Below are positions 27,532 to 37,547 of a DNA stretch of 64,000 bases, piece by piece. The DNA is from a virus. The notes beneath the pieces are model-generated. The model was not told the origin of the DNA. It ran no database searches and saw nothing but the letters and a program-made list of their open reading frames with translations. The number at the start of each line of letters is the position of its first letter. The stretch's first letter is position 1. The stretch spans positions 1 through 64,000 of IMG/VR virus record IMGVR_UViG_3300044729_002678. The stretch is one strand, 5' to 3'. The position numbers and the translations under genes were made by a program.

Positions 27532-27755
27532 TATTCTCCTGCGGGTTTTACCCCAATAATTCTTCTTATCTCTACACCATCTTTTAAAGCAAGAACAGTT
27601 GGGACACTTTTTATACCCCATTGAGATGCTAATTGTGGGTTTTCATCAATATCAATCTTTTTTACAGGTATCGTTTTTGATACCTCTAACATTGTTGGTG
27701 CTAACACCCTACATGGTGCACACCATTTTGCGCTGAAATATAAATATTCTAACAT
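27519..27755 (-). CDS. trxA: Thioredoxin
   Basis: YFSAKWCAPC active site, SVPT cis-Pro loop. ATG at 27755. Confidence 0.9.
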   Translation of the reverse strand: MLEYLYFSAKWCAPCRVLAPTMLEVSKTIPVKKIDIDENPQLASQWGIKSVPTVLALKDGVEIRRIIGVKPAGEYLTL

Positions 27756-27756
27756 T

Positions 27757-27930
27757 TTAATCTCCTTTTTCAAGCATTATCCATAATATAAAATATATTA
27801 AACCAAATCCACCGAAAATCGCAATGATTCTCCATATGATTGGGTCTATTCCTGTATGATTCCCCAAACCATGGCACACACCACCGATGTATCCACTTTT
27901 TGGAAATCTATATAATTTGTTTGTTTTCAT
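27757..27930 (-). CDS. PspC-domain small membrane protein (57 aa)
   Basis: Below the ORF-track cutoff; hand translation MKTNKLYRFPKSGYIGGVCHGLGNHTGIDPIIWRIIAIFGGFGLIYFILWIMLEKGD. Confidence 0.8.
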   Translation of the reverse strand: MKTNKLYRFPKSGYIGGVCHGLGNHTGIDPIIWRIIAIFGGFGLIYFILWIMLEKGD

Positions 27931-27940
27931 AATTTATTTT

Positions 27941-29734
27941 TTAACCGTCGCACGAAATACAATCTGGGTCTGTTGCCCTTGCTGCAATATCTCCTCGTAA
28001 AACACTTTCTGTCCTCATATAATAAAGCGTTTTTATTCCTTCTTTCCAAGCCTCAAAGTGAACTTGGTTTATCCATTTTGGTGTTGCTTGTGATGGAAAT
28101 GCCAAATTTAAAGAAACTGACTGGTCAATGTATTGTTGTCTAATACCTGCCTGCTTTATCAATTCCAATTGGTTAATTTCCTTAAATGTTTTATAAACAT
28201 CTTTTACCCAATCAACTTGTTTATTTTGAATAGTATCTTCGGGCATTTCCTGTATGTGCATAAGTTTACCACCCAAAAATCCCCACTTTTCTAATTCATC
28301 AATACCCTGCACCGAACCACCATCTTCCAATATCTTATCCCAAGTTTCTTTATTGTTTATACCAATTTTACGCAAAACTTTTTCTAATTCAGGATTTTTA
28401 CGAATAAATGTTCCCTTTGCAGTTTGCTCCGTAAATACATTCGCTGCCCAAGGTTCAATACCTGCTGAAATATTACCACTCAACTTTGAATTTGATACCG
28501 TTGGTGCAATTGCCCTTAAATGGGTGTTTCTCATTTCAGTTCCAACACACCAAAGTGGTTCACCATATTCGTTTGCTAAATCCCTACTTGCCCTTTCACT
28601 CTCTATCTTTATTTGCGAAAATATCTTTCTTGTCTCAAATTGAGCAGGTAATCCCTCAAAAGAAATACCCCTTTGTTGTAAATAAGTATGCCATCCCAAT
28701 ACACCCAATCCCAATGCTCTACCTTTTTCAGCAGAACGAACTGAATTTTCAAAACCTCTCATATTTTTTGCTTTTTGAATAAACTCTTCCAATACCCCAT
28801 CCAAAAACCAAGTAGCAGTGTATATCAAATCAGTATCTTTCCACTCATCGTATTTAGCAAGATTTAGGGATGAAAGACAACACACAAAAGAGTGAGATTC
28901 ATCCGTATGAAGTGCAATTTCACTACAAATATTCGTCATAAACACTTTTAACCCATTCTTTTTATATGCGTCTGGGTTTTGTTTATTTACATTCCCCTTA
29001 TACATTATATAAGGTTCTCCTGTTGCTTTTCTTTTTTGTAATAATTTAGACCATTTTCTTCTTGCTTCCTCATTCCCATCTTCTAATTTACGCATAAACT
29101 TATCACCAACAATTACACATTGGTGTAGGTTTAACGATTGGCGATTTACATCACCCTTTGGTTCTCTAATTTCCAACCAATCTTCAAAGTCTTTATGTTC
29201 AATGTTCAAATTGACGGATGCTGCCCCCCTACGAACTGCTCCCTGATTTGTTGCAAGGATTGTAGAATCAAATATTTTACAAAAAGGAACTACCCCATCA
29301 GATGTCCCATTTTGGCTTATTTTAGACCCAGCAGGCCTAATCATATTTACACCAATACCGACACCACCACCATGCTTCGCTAAAAGCATCATTTCAAGAT
29401 TTTTTTGACCAATCTCTTGGATTGAATCACCAACATCTATACCAAAACAGGAAATAGGTAATCCCCTATCTGTCCCTGTATTTGATAAGACGGGTGTTGC
29501 AAGGTTTAGCCAACCCCTCCAAATATAATCAAAAAACTTTGATGCAAGTTGTGGTTTATTTAACCTCCGTGCAACGGCTGTACACACTCGCCAATAAGCA
29601 TCTTTGGGTTTTTCTCCTGGTAAAACATATCCCTTTGATATTGTTTTAAGATATACTTCGGTATGTCCCCACGATGGATAATCAACCTCTTTTTGCCATC
29701 CTAATTCTTCTGCTATTTTATCTGCTACATTCAT
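27941..29734 (-). CDS. nrdA: Ribonucleotide reductase class Ia alpha subunit (short form, no ATP cone)
   Basis: ATPVLSN, PISC, GGGVG, TNICSEI, CCLSS, AIAPT, KTLYY, C-terminal CISCDG. Start taken at MNVAD. Confidence 0.95.
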   Translation of the reverse strand: MNVADKIAEELGWQKEVDYPSWGHTEVYLKTISKGYVLPGEKPKDAYWRVCTAVARRLNKPQLASKFFDYIWRGWLNLATPVLSNTGTDRGLPISCFGIDVGDSIQEIGQKNLEMMLLAKHGGGVGIGVNMIRPAGSKISQNGTSDGVVPFCKIFDSTILATNQGAVRRGAASVNLNIEHKDFEDWLEIREPKGDVNRQSLNLHQCVIVGDKFMRKLEDGNEEARRKWSKLLQKRKATGEPYIMYKGNVNKQNPDAYKKNGLKVFMTNICSEIALHTDESHSFVCCLSSLNLAKYDEWKDTDLIYTATWFLDGVLEEFIQKAKNMRGFENSVRSAEKGRALGLGVLGWHTYLQQRGISFEGLPAQFETRKIFSQIKIESERASRDLANEYGEPLWCVGTEMRNTHLRAIAPTVSNSKLSGNISAGIEPWAANVFTEQTAKGTFIRKNPELEKVLRKIGINNKETWDKILEDGGSVQGIDELEKWGFLGGKLMHIQEMPEDTIQNKQVDWVKDVYKTFKEINQLELIKQAGIRQQYIDQSVSLNLAFPSQATPKWINQVHFEAWKEGIKTLYYMRTESVLRGDIAARATDPDCISCDG

Positions 29735-29747
29735 ATTGTTTCTATAA

Positions 29748-30758
29748 TTAAAATATATCACCCCAATCTTCACCTTCACCAGCCTTACTATAATCGGTAG
29801 GCCTCATCGCAAAAAAGTCGGTATGTGTATGACCCCCGGTAAGATGATAAAACCACTCCAACTTTGATGAACTTTCTTTATCAACTTCAAAATAAAAGTC
29901 CCCTCCGGGCATTGGGTTGTATCCAAGTTCTGCTAGCTTTTCGTTGGCCCTTTGTTTTATAAACTCTTTCAAATCTACTGCATTTAGATTTTCCAAATTA
30001 CCCATCTCAAACATTTTATCAATGAACTTTAATTCCATCTCTACCATTAATTTGGCAGCGGTTTGGATTTCATCCCTAACACTTTCTAACAAAGTTGGGT
30101 ATTCTTCGCACATATGTCTAAAAAGTGTACAACCCATTTTAGAATGAAGAGATTCATCCCTTACACTCCATTTCATTTGTTGTCCAATCCCTTTTAGAAG
30201 ATTTCTCATTTGGAATGAATAAAGAACTGCGAATGATGAATATAAAGAAACACCTTCTGCAAAGGCTGAAAAGATTGCAAGGCTTCTACCCACCTCTTCT
30301 CTTGCTTTTGGGTTTTCTTTTAATTGTTCGGGTGTCCAGTCCGCAGATACCTTTGTTAAATATTCAAACTTTTCTTTGATTTCCGGCTCATGCATAAAAG
30401 CCTCAAAATCTTCCAACCCAAGTGTTTCATTCAAATAAGAATATGCGGTTGCGTGAATAGTTTCCTGCGAACCAAAACATATTGCCATTTGTTTAATTTC
30501 ATGTTTTGGAAACCATTTTGTAACCATCCCAGTCCAATAATCAGAAACAGCGCATTCGGTTTGAGCAAAACCTAAAAGAATATTTCCTACAAGATTTTTT
30601 TCATGCGGTTTTAAATTTTCTTTCCAATCTTTTACATCTCCCTGCATTGGTATTTCAGTATGTAACCAAAATGCCTGCATTTGTGGCATCCACCCATCAT
30701 TAAAATAAGCCGGATATTCAAATGGCTTATAAGGTATTCGTTCATCAAACAATCCCAT
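29748..30758 (-). CDS. nrdB: Ribonucleotide reductase class Ia beta subunit
   Basis: FW, ETIHATAY, EGVSLYSSF, RDESLH, TDFF motifs. Confidence 0.95.
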   Translation of the reverse strand: MGLFDERIPYKPFEYPAYFNDGWMPQMQAFWLHTEIPMQGDVKDWKENLKPHEKNLVGNILLGFAQTECAVSDYWTGMVTKWFPKHEIKQMAICFGSQETIHATAYSYLNETLGLEDFEAFMHEPEIKEKFEYLTKVSADWTPEQLKENPKAREEVGRSLAIFSAFAEGVSLYSSFAVLYSFQMRNLLKGIGQQMKWSVRDESLHSKMGCTLFRHMCEEYPTLLESVRDEIQTAAKLMVEMELKFIDKMFEMGNLENLNAVDLKEFIKQRANEKLAELGYNPMPGGDFYFEVDKESSSKLEWFYHLTGGHTHTDFFAMRPTDYSKAGEGEDWGDIF

Positions 30759-30787
30759 AATATCTCCCTAAAATTTTTGTGTGTAAA

Positions 30788-30795
30788 TATAAATA
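30788..30795 (-). promoter_or_regulatory. TATTTATA motif (candidate late promoter) upstream of nrdB
   Basis: Same intergenic octamer precedes many structural genes. Confidence 0.4.
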
Positions 30796-30799
30796 CAAA

Positions 30800-32158
30800 T
30801 TAAAACCCAATATCACCCTTCATATCTTTGTATTTTTGCAATAAATTTTTTCGTACCAAAGTTCCACCCTCTTTCATATCTTTTTGCGTATTTTGACCAT
30901 CTATTGAATTATCATTGTAGATTTCAATTTGCCCATTTGAGAAATTTGCACGAGATGGAAATGTTATACCATCAGGCCCAAATCGGTTTTTAATAACATG
31001 CCACCTACCAGTTCCTGCTAACTTATCATCAATTTTCCTACTCAACGAAACTACAAAATCTGCAGTCATTAATTTAGAAAACGAACCTGCAATTGATGTT
31101 CCCGTAATTATATCTTGATCTGCACCCGACCTGTTAATCTGCGATGCAGTATATAATGGAACACCATACTCACCTGCCATACCCCTTAAATCTATTACCA
31201 ACTCTTCCAAAACCTCATATCTTTTTTCTTTTACAGAACCCCGCAACAAATCAGCATAGTCAACCACAATAATATCAGGTTTTTTACCCTGCAATACCAG
31301 TCTATCAATATGGGCTTTCAAAGCGTTTATTCCCGCAGTTCCAGATGGAAAATCCTTAATTACCAAATCACCTTTCAATGAAGAAATGGTTTTTTCAACC
31401 TCTTCTCTATTGTATTTTAAATTAGGTATAGGTATTCCCGTAAAAACTGCATCAAACCTTTGACCTATCATCGCTTCTGAAAGTTCTAATGTGTAATAAA
31501 CTACCGTCTTTCCCATCTTAACGGCTGCTGCAGCAACATTTACCAATGACCAGGATTTACCAATGCCAGGCGGTGCAGCAAATATTACCAACTCACCAAC
31601 ACCAAAACCACCCTGCGTAATTTCATCTATTACATCCCAACCAGTTGGAACAGGGTTTCTTGCTAAATCTTCATATCTCTCATTTATCATCAATTTGTAT
31701 TCATGCCCAATATCAGTTGGTTGCCCAGCCTTCATAGCAGAATCAATTGTTGATTTTATCTTATCATACTTACCCTGCTCTAAAAGCGGGATTGAATCTA
31801 AAATAGCCTGTTTAAGGGATTGATTGACACAAAAGTTTAAACTCTCTTCTTTTACATAATCTAAGTCATCGGATTCTAACCCCTGCCAAGCACCCTTTAA
31901 TGTATCTATAACCGAACTCTTTAGAATATCTCTCTCAATGCCGTTTATCTTCGTTTTAAGAACATCTAATGTTGGTTTGGATTCGTAGGTATCTATGTAA
32001 TCTAAAATGGTTTTACACAACCACTCAGAGGCTTCTGAGTCAAAGTAGGTGGGTTTTAATATATCAAATATCTGCCTGCTAAATAGCATATCTGATAATA
32101 GAGCAGATAATATTTTTGTTTGAAATCCGGTTCCGAATTTTGTTCCAAATTTTTCCAT
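30800..32158 (-). CDS. DnaB-like replicative helicase (T4 gp41-like)
   Basis: VPTGW, APPGIGKS, YTLEL, VVDYADL, TASQINR, KNRFG. Confidence 0.92.
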   Translation of the reverse strand: MEKFGTKFGTGFQTKILSALLSDMLFSRQIFDILKPTYFDSEASEWLCKTILDYIDTYESKPTLDVLKTKINGIERDILKSSVIDTLKGAWQGLESDDLDYVKEESLNFCVNQSLKQAILDSIPLLEQGKYDKIKSTIDSAMKAGQPTDIGHEYKLMINERYEDLARNPVPTGWDVIDEITQGGFGVGELVIFAAPPGIGKSWSLVNVAAAAVKMGKTVVYYTLELSEAMIGQRFDAVFTGIPIPNLKYNREEVEKTISSLKGDLVIKDFPSGTAGINALKAHIDRLVLQGKKPDIIVVDYADLLRGSVKEKRYEVLEELVIDLRGMAGEYGVPLYTASQINRSGADQDIITGTSIAGSFSKLMTADFVVSLSRKIDDKLAGTGRWHVIKNRFGPDGITFPSRANFSNGQIEIYNDNSIDGQNTQKDMKEGGTLVRKNLLQKYKDMKGDIGF

Positions 32159-32164
32159 ATGATA

Positions 32165-32195
32165 CTAATATACAACTTTATTTGGTTTTTTCAAA
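32165..32195 (-). promoter_or_regulatory. Bacteroidota-type promoter upstream of the helicase gene
   Basis: TTTG-N19-TATATTAG. Confidence 0.65.
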
Positions 32196-33227
32196 GTAAT
32201 TTTTTAGGATATTATCCAATCCCATAAAACTATTCCGTAACCACGAATCTACATTCGCAAAAGCAGTATATAACTTATCATACATAAACATTTTTTTAAA
32301 TTCCAGCAAATTCAATTTAGGCTGGTGATTATCCAATATATTTCTAATATTTGATGTTATAGATGTTGATATATCAGGTGATTTCAATTGCATTAAATCA
32401 TAATTCAATTCTATTGTTTGAATAGAATCTAATAATTTTTTTGATAATTTTTCATCACAATTTTCCTTTATCCCCGCAACAAATCCATTATAATCTAATT
32501 CCACCTCATTCAAAAAATCCATTTTACCTAAAATGGTTTTTGTGCCAATACCATTAACACCTTTAATATTATCAGATGTATCCCCCATTATTACACGATA
32601 CCAAATTAAGTTTTGTGGTATTACACCCCACTCTTCCTTGACAAGGGGTTCATCATACATTACTTTTTTAACGGGCGAATAAACCTTAATTCGTTCATTT
32701 ACCAATTGTAAAAAATCTTTATCGGATGATAATAGTACTACCTCTTTCTTAAAATAATGATTGGCCATCCAAGCCATCAAATCATCTGCTTCCACATAAT
32801 CAACTTGTAGAAGCGTTATGGGTAAGTTTTGTAAATATTCATACAAGCGAACAAACTGCTTTTTCATAGATTGCTGTTGGTCCTCTATATCCTCATATCC
32901 ACTTAATCTATTCAATCGGGTTAATCCCGTTCTACCCCCTTTGTAATCCGCATACACCTTTTTTCTACGATGCGAACCACCCTTACCATCAAACACTATA
33001 ACTACCCTTGATGGATTTAAATTACGAATAGTGGCTGCGGTGGATAACAGGAAACCCGTTATACCACCACAATGCTCACCATCATCATTAAGAGCTGGGA
33101 CTGCTCCAAACACTCTGATAAACATATTAAGTCCATCAATTATCAATACCTTATCATTTAGGTTTTGATTTGTTGTTTGCTGATTTCCCAGCTTACTCAA
33201 TAATTCTTTGTAATTCTTAGTCATCAA
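32178..33227 (-). CDS. 5'-3' exonuclease / flap endonuclease (T4 RNase H, PolI 5'-nuclease-like)
   Basis: LIIDG.N, VFDG, YKGGR, EADD, SSDKDFLQL, GDTSDNIKGV.GIG.KT. Confidence 0.92.
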   Translation of the reverse strand: MMTKNYKELLSKLGNQQTTNQNLNDKVLIIDGLNMFIRVFGAVPALNDDGEHCGGITGFLLSTAATIRNLNPSRVVIVFDGKGGSHRRKKVYADYKGGRTGLTRLNRLSGYEDIEDQQQSMKKQFVRLYEYLQNLPITLLQVDYVEADDLMAWMANHYFKKEVVLLSSDKDFLQLVNERIKVYSPVKKVMYDEPLVKEEWGVIPQNLIWYRVIMGDTSDNIKGVNGIGTKTILGKMDFLNEVELDYNGFVAGIKENCDEKLSKKLLDSIQTIELNYDLMQLKSPDISTSITSNIRNILDNHQPKLNLLEFKKMFMYDKLYTAFANVDSWLRNSFMGLDNILKNYFEKTK

Positions 33228-34350
33228 AATCAGATAATTCTATGTTGTCAGTATTCGCTTCATCAGATGCTTCCTTATAAGAAAGGATATAAGAATCACA
33301 AATTTCGTTGTAGATTTTTTCCTTTATATCAGCACGAGTTTGGAGTAGTTCTGGGAAATTCTTAGCTTGAAACTTTATTTCTTCCCCAGTTTCTTTATCC
33401 GCCCAAGTATACCAAGCACCACTTTGATTTGCAAGTTTATACGCCTTCATCATCTCCAACCACGAACCCAAATTATCAATACCACTATCAAAGAAAATAT
33501 CATAATCTATTGAACGAAGTGGTGGCCCCATTCGGTTTTTAATAACTTGCGCCCGCGTTTTAATACCAACCACCTGGTCAATACCACCAACCTTTGCTTT
33601 CAACTGCCCCATCTGCTTCAAACGAATTCTACAACTTGAATGGAATGCGATTGCTTTACCACCGGATGTGGTCCATGGATCTCCAAAACTTACTCCCATT
33701 CTCGTTCTTAATTGGTTTGTAAAAATAAGAGTAATTCGCTCTCTACCAATTAAGTTGGTAATTTTACGCATTGCCTTTGAAATGATGATTGCTTTTTGAG
33801 TTGCAAATCCGGCCTGGTCATAATCCGCTGATATTTCAACCTTTGTTGATGCACCTGCGACCGAATCCACTACAATAGTAACCAATTTCTTTTTATCGGA
33901 TTTTCTTACCGAATCAATAATTGAATCAATTGCTTCAAAAATATCTTCCACCGTTTCCAATGGAACATACAACATCTTTTTTAGGTCAACACCAATTGCA
34001 TCTAAAAACTCCTGATTAAGTGCGTTTTCAGTATCAATATACACACCTAACCCACCCCTCTTTTGCGTATCCGCAATCGAATGGGCCGCTACCAATGATT
34101 TACCACTACCTTCCAATCCCGTAATCTCCGTAATTCTACCAACAGGCAAACCACCATTTGGGCGATTTGATATAGCCAAATCTAACATTTCAGAGCCAGT
34201 AGACACCCACTCGTCTAAATCGGTGGGTGTCTGCTCTGAGCCGTCTAAATAATAAGCTACTTTGTGTTGTGATTTGAACTTCTTATTAAGATTATCTGCG
34301 AGTATGGTAGATAGTTCATCACGAACTATATCTACTTTTGGTTTACTCAT
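33217..34350 (-). CDS. recA: RecA/UvsX recombinase
   Basis: STGS..LD, GGLPVGRITEITGLEGSGKS, YIDTE, VVDSVA, FTNQLR, TTSGGKA, KNR..PP. Confidence 0.95.
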   Translation of the reverse strand: MSKPKVDIVRDELSTILADNLNKKFKSQHKVAYYLDGSEQTPTDLDEWVSTGSEMLDLAISNRPNGGLPVGRITEITGLEGSGKSLVAAHSIADTQKRGGLGVYIDTENALNQEFLDAIGVDLKKMLYVPLETVEDIFEAIDSIIDSVRKSDKKKLVTIVVDSVAGASTKVEISADYDQAGFATQKAIIISKAMRKITNLIGRERITLIFTNQLRTRMGVSFGDPWTTSGGKAIAFHSSCRIRLKQMGQLKAKVGGIDQVVGIKTRAQVIKNRMGPPLRSIDYDIFFDSGIDNLGSWLEMMKAYKLANQSGAWYTWADKETGEEIKFQAKNFPELLQTRADIKEKIYNEICDSYILSYKEASDEANTDNIELSDFDD

Positions 34351-34355
34351 ATAGA

Positions 34356-35117
34356 TTAATCGTTAAAAAGGTCGTCAAATGCTTCTTTTACTGAACCGGC
34401 TTTGCTTGTGGTTGGTGTAGCTTCTACAACTGCAGGTTGTTCTGATTTTGTTTCTTCTTTCACTTCACCAGTTTCCAACCAAACCTCCAACATTCCCTTC
34501 AACTCATCATAAGTGTATCGCTTGAAGATTGTGCTTAAATCGGCTTGATTTTTTACCAACTGAACAATATTCTTATCCTCAGTCATTGGTGTTGTGTTTG
34601 GTTTTACCCTAATAAATGTTTCAGGATAAGATTTACCCACCTCTGCTGCTGATTTGAACTCTACGGTAATATCTCTACCACTCATAGGGTCAGTCAAATC
34701 ACCATAGTCTGGGTCTGCGAAGAACGCGAGGATTTCTTGGTAAACCTGCTTACCAAATCCCCAAAATTTAACACCCTCCGATTCTTCACCCCTTACCAAA
34801 ATAGGAACATAAGTTCTCATTTTTGGGGTTAGTTTTTTAGAGAGGTTGTAATCTTCCCTATCCTTCGTTGCTTTCAATTGCTCTGAAAATTCTACGATAG
34901 GGTCTTTCTCACCAAATGATACAGGTGATAGAATAGTTTTTCCACCAAAATCAAAGTGAAAATACAATTCAATGAAAGGGTTTTCTTTGTTGTGCACATA
35001 AGGCACTAATCTGATTTGCTGCTTACCTGGATTTGGTTTCCATAAGGTATCAGTCTTTTGAACTTTTGTTTGAAGTGTATTCAAACGATTTCGGATTGCG
35101 TTTAGGTCAATTCCCAT
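34356..35117 (-). CDS. Single-stranded DNA-binding protein (T4 gp32-like)
   Basis: WKP.PGKQQIR, GVKFWGFGK, DYGDLTDP..GRD, acidic tail FDDLFND. Confidence 0.8.
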   Translation of the reverse strand: MGIDLNAIRNRLNTLQTKVQKTDTLWKPNPGKQQIRLVPYVHNKENPFIELYFHFDFGGKTILSPVSFGEKDPIVEFSEQLKATKDREDYNLSKKLTPKMRTYVPILVRGEESEGVKFWGFGKQVYQEILAFFADPDYGDLTDPMSGRDITVEFKSAAEVGKSYPETFIRVKPNTTPMTEDKNIVQLVKNQADLSTIFKRYTYDELKGMLEVWLETGEVKEETKSEQPAVVEATPTTSKAGSVKEAFDDLFND

Positions 35118-35158
35118 AATTACTCCATTTTTTAATAGTTAAACAAAAATTATAGTCA

Positions 35159-35190
35159 CTAATATACAACATTTGGTTGACAATTCCAAA
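35159..35190 (-). promoter_or_regulatory. Bacteroidota-type promoter upstream of the SSB gene
   Basis: TTTG-N20-TATATTAG. Confidence 0.7.
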
Positions 35191-35215
35191 TATTTTTCCA
35201 ATATTTATTATTTTT

Positions 35216-35605
35216 TTATTCCGCAGTTACTACTTTATAAATAGTTGTTTTTAAAAATTTAAAACCTGTATCGTTTGTTAATAAAACTCCATTTTTATAA
35301 TCTTCCCAATTTAATTGGTAATTTTTATCCAAAACACCACCATTTAACTTTTGAATAAGTCTATTTAAGGCGTTTATAGTATATAATGTATTTGTTTCTC
35401 TTTTTCTATGAACCATTATTGTATTTGGTAAAAATTTTGAGGTATGTGTGGGTATGATATTGTAACTAATAACCAATTCATCTGAGTTTTCTAATGTCAA
35501 TACAAATATTTTTTTACTAAATAGTGTGAATCCGGTTTTTATAGCCGACACATCACTATCACATAAATCATCCTTTGTAAAGGTTATTAATAACTGTGTT
35601 TTCAC
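35216..35605 (-). CDS. Conserved phage hypothetical protein
   Basis: QLLITFT..KIFVL..YNI..NTI.VHRK.ETNTLYTINALN..NGG.LD; GTG start with an upstream GGAG. Confidence 0.6.
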   Translation of the reverse strand: MKTQLLITFTKDDLCDSDVSAIKTGFTLFSKKIFVLTLENSDELVISYNIIPTHTSKFLPNTIMVHRKRETNTLYTINALNRLIQKLNGGVLDKNYQLNWEDYKNGVLLTNDTGFKFLKTTIYKVVTAE

Positions 35606-35619
35606 TCATATCTCCATAA

Positions 35620-37530
35620 TTATTTTGAATATACATCTTTATTAGCAGCTTCAAGTATTTTAGCAAACCTTTTATCCAACTGCATTTCAAATTTTATTAC
35701 ACCACCATAACCAACACCATCTTCACGAATTGCAATTGTAGCCAATGGAATAATTTTACCATCAATATCAGCCTTATACCCCAAATAAGGAGGATTACCA
35801 TCTTGGGCCACTAATTTTTCTTTGATTTGTTTAAAATCAGATGTTCCAAATATTTTTTCCATTATTGTTTTATCCAAAGAGTTTGGGCCAATAGCCATTG
35901 TTTCTTCACCATCAGAAATAGATTTTAGAGGAAACTCATTTTTAATTTCCGCCAACATACCGGCTTTCAGTTTTGGATTTGTAACAATTGCTTTAATAGC
36001 GGCAGATTGATATTTACGATGGGTTTCATCAACATTTTTCATGTATTGTTTTGCCTCTTCATTTCCAGAATCGGCAAGAGCCTTTATACCTTCTAATACA
36101 ACTTTAGCTTTACCACGATTTCCACCACCCTTTTTTAAATCATTTAAAGCATCATCAAATGATATTTTTTTAGATTTTATAGTATCTATTAATGATTTTG
36201 CGGCAGGGTCATTTGAATCAATTAATTTTTTAATATCATTTGAAAATTTCGAACCAAAATTGCTTAGAGCTTTTCTTTGATTTGATGAATACACTTTTTG
36301 ATTAATTTCATCTGGCAAATCAGCATCCCATTCAGTAAATTTACCTGTGCCTGAATTCAAAAAATTAACTAAAGTTGATTTTTTCAACGAAACCTCGTCC
36401 AAAATTTCACTACCATCTTGTAGTCTAATTTTGGCGTACATATCGCTTGAAAATCCTTTATTTTTATTGTAGTTTTTAAGACCAAGTGCTTCCACTTCAT
36501 TTTTAGTATCCCAAGATGTAACCACAATTTCAGCACCAGGATATTGTAAATTAATCCGATTTAGTATTGCCTGTCTATTGTTTTTAGCAGCCTCTATCCA
36601 ACTCTTTGTAACAATTCTACTATTTTCAGCTTTTAAAGTAGGGTTGTTTTTAATCAATGCGGATTCGTGTGCCAAAAGAGATTCGGTTAATTTTGTAAAT
36701 TCTTCGTTTGACATGGATACACCCATCATCGTCATCAATTCTCCGGCTTGAGCAGATATTTGACCAGCTCCTCCAGAAATATCGCTAAAGTGAGACCATT
36801 TTGTAGCATCACCACTAGGACGGGTATTCATCATTCGTTCTAATGCTTTCAAATATCGTTTTGGGAATTTTGGATTAGAGATGAAATCAGTTGGAATCTT
36901 AAAAGCCTCGGGTGGAATTGGGTTTGCTAATTTTACATTTTTCTTTTCAAATTCGGCATCATCAGGAATCATTTCTTGAGTAAAAGCTTTGGATTCTAAT
37001 GAATTTGTTTTTATTAAAGTTTTATCTTTACCCGCTATAATACGCTCTTCGGAGGCAGGTTCACCTTTAGGTTCATCCAAATCATCCGATTGTTTTGATT
37101 TTTGTTTTTCCTTTTCAACATCATCTTCGCTCGCAATATCTTGCGTTTCAGGATTGTGTTTTTTAACGGTATATACTGAACCTGATTTTTTATTCTTAAC
37201 CCAAGTATCTTCCTCCAACCCCATCTTTTTCTTTTTCAGGTATTCTTCTTTTTCAGCAGCGGTCATCATACCAAACTCAATTGCCTCTATATCCTTTTCG
37301 GGATTATCTTCCTCACCATCGGGTTGAGCAGGTAGGGTTGTTGGTGGTTTTGGTGGTGTTCCTTGCTCTGATAATAGAGTATGTAAATACTTACCCACCT
37401 CTTTCCCATATAAATCAGATGCAATCTCAGAAATGTGCCTTATAACTCTTGGCTCATTTATGTTGATAAGGTCAGTTCCTATTTCAACCCATGCTCTATA
37501 TAAAATTTCTTCAATAAAACTATTCTTCAT
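35620..37530 (-). CDS. Large hypothetical protein with a possible PD-(D/E)XK-like domain
   Basis: Acidic low-complexity N-terminal linker, QAGELM helix, SD..(n)..EVSLKK motif; preceded by TATTTATA. Confidence 0.45.
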   Translation of the reverse strand: MKNSFIEEILYRAWVEIGTDLININEPRVIRHISEIASDLYGKEVGKYLHTLLSEQGTPPKPPTTLPAQPDGEEDNPEKDIEAIEFGMMTAAEKEEYLKKKKMGLEEDTWVKNKKSGSVYTVKKHNPETQDIASEDDVEKEKQKSKQSDDLDEPKGEPASEERIIAGKDKTLIKTNSLESKAFTQEMIPDDAEFEKKNVKLANPIPPEAFKIPTDFISNPKFPKRYLKALERMMNTRPSGDATKWSHFSDISGGAGQISAQAGELMTMMGVSMSNEEFTKLTESLLAHESALIKNNPTLKAENSRIVTKSWIEAAKNNRQAILNRINLQYPGAEIVVTSWDTKNEVEALGLKNYNKNKGFSSDMYAKIRLQDGSEILDEVSLKKSTLVNFLNSGTGKFTEWDADLPDEINQKVYSSNQRKALSNFGSKFSNDIKKLIDSNDPAAKSLIDTIKSKKISFDDALNDLKKGGGNRGKAKVVLEGIKALADSGNEEAKQYMKNVDETHRKYQSAAIKAIVTNPKLKAGMLAEIKNEFPLKSISDGEETMAIGPNSLDKTIMEKIFGTSDFKQIKEKLVAQDGNPPYLGYKADIDGKIIPLATIAIREDGVGYGGVIKFEMQLDKRFAKILEAANKDVYSK

Positions 37531-37547
37531 AAGTATAAATATCTTTA

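Noticed and set aside
18335-34350. Inteins or introns in PolB, nrdA/nrdB, helicase or RecA
   Set aside because: Lengths are normal and motifs are contiguous; no intein or homing-endonuclease insertion seen.
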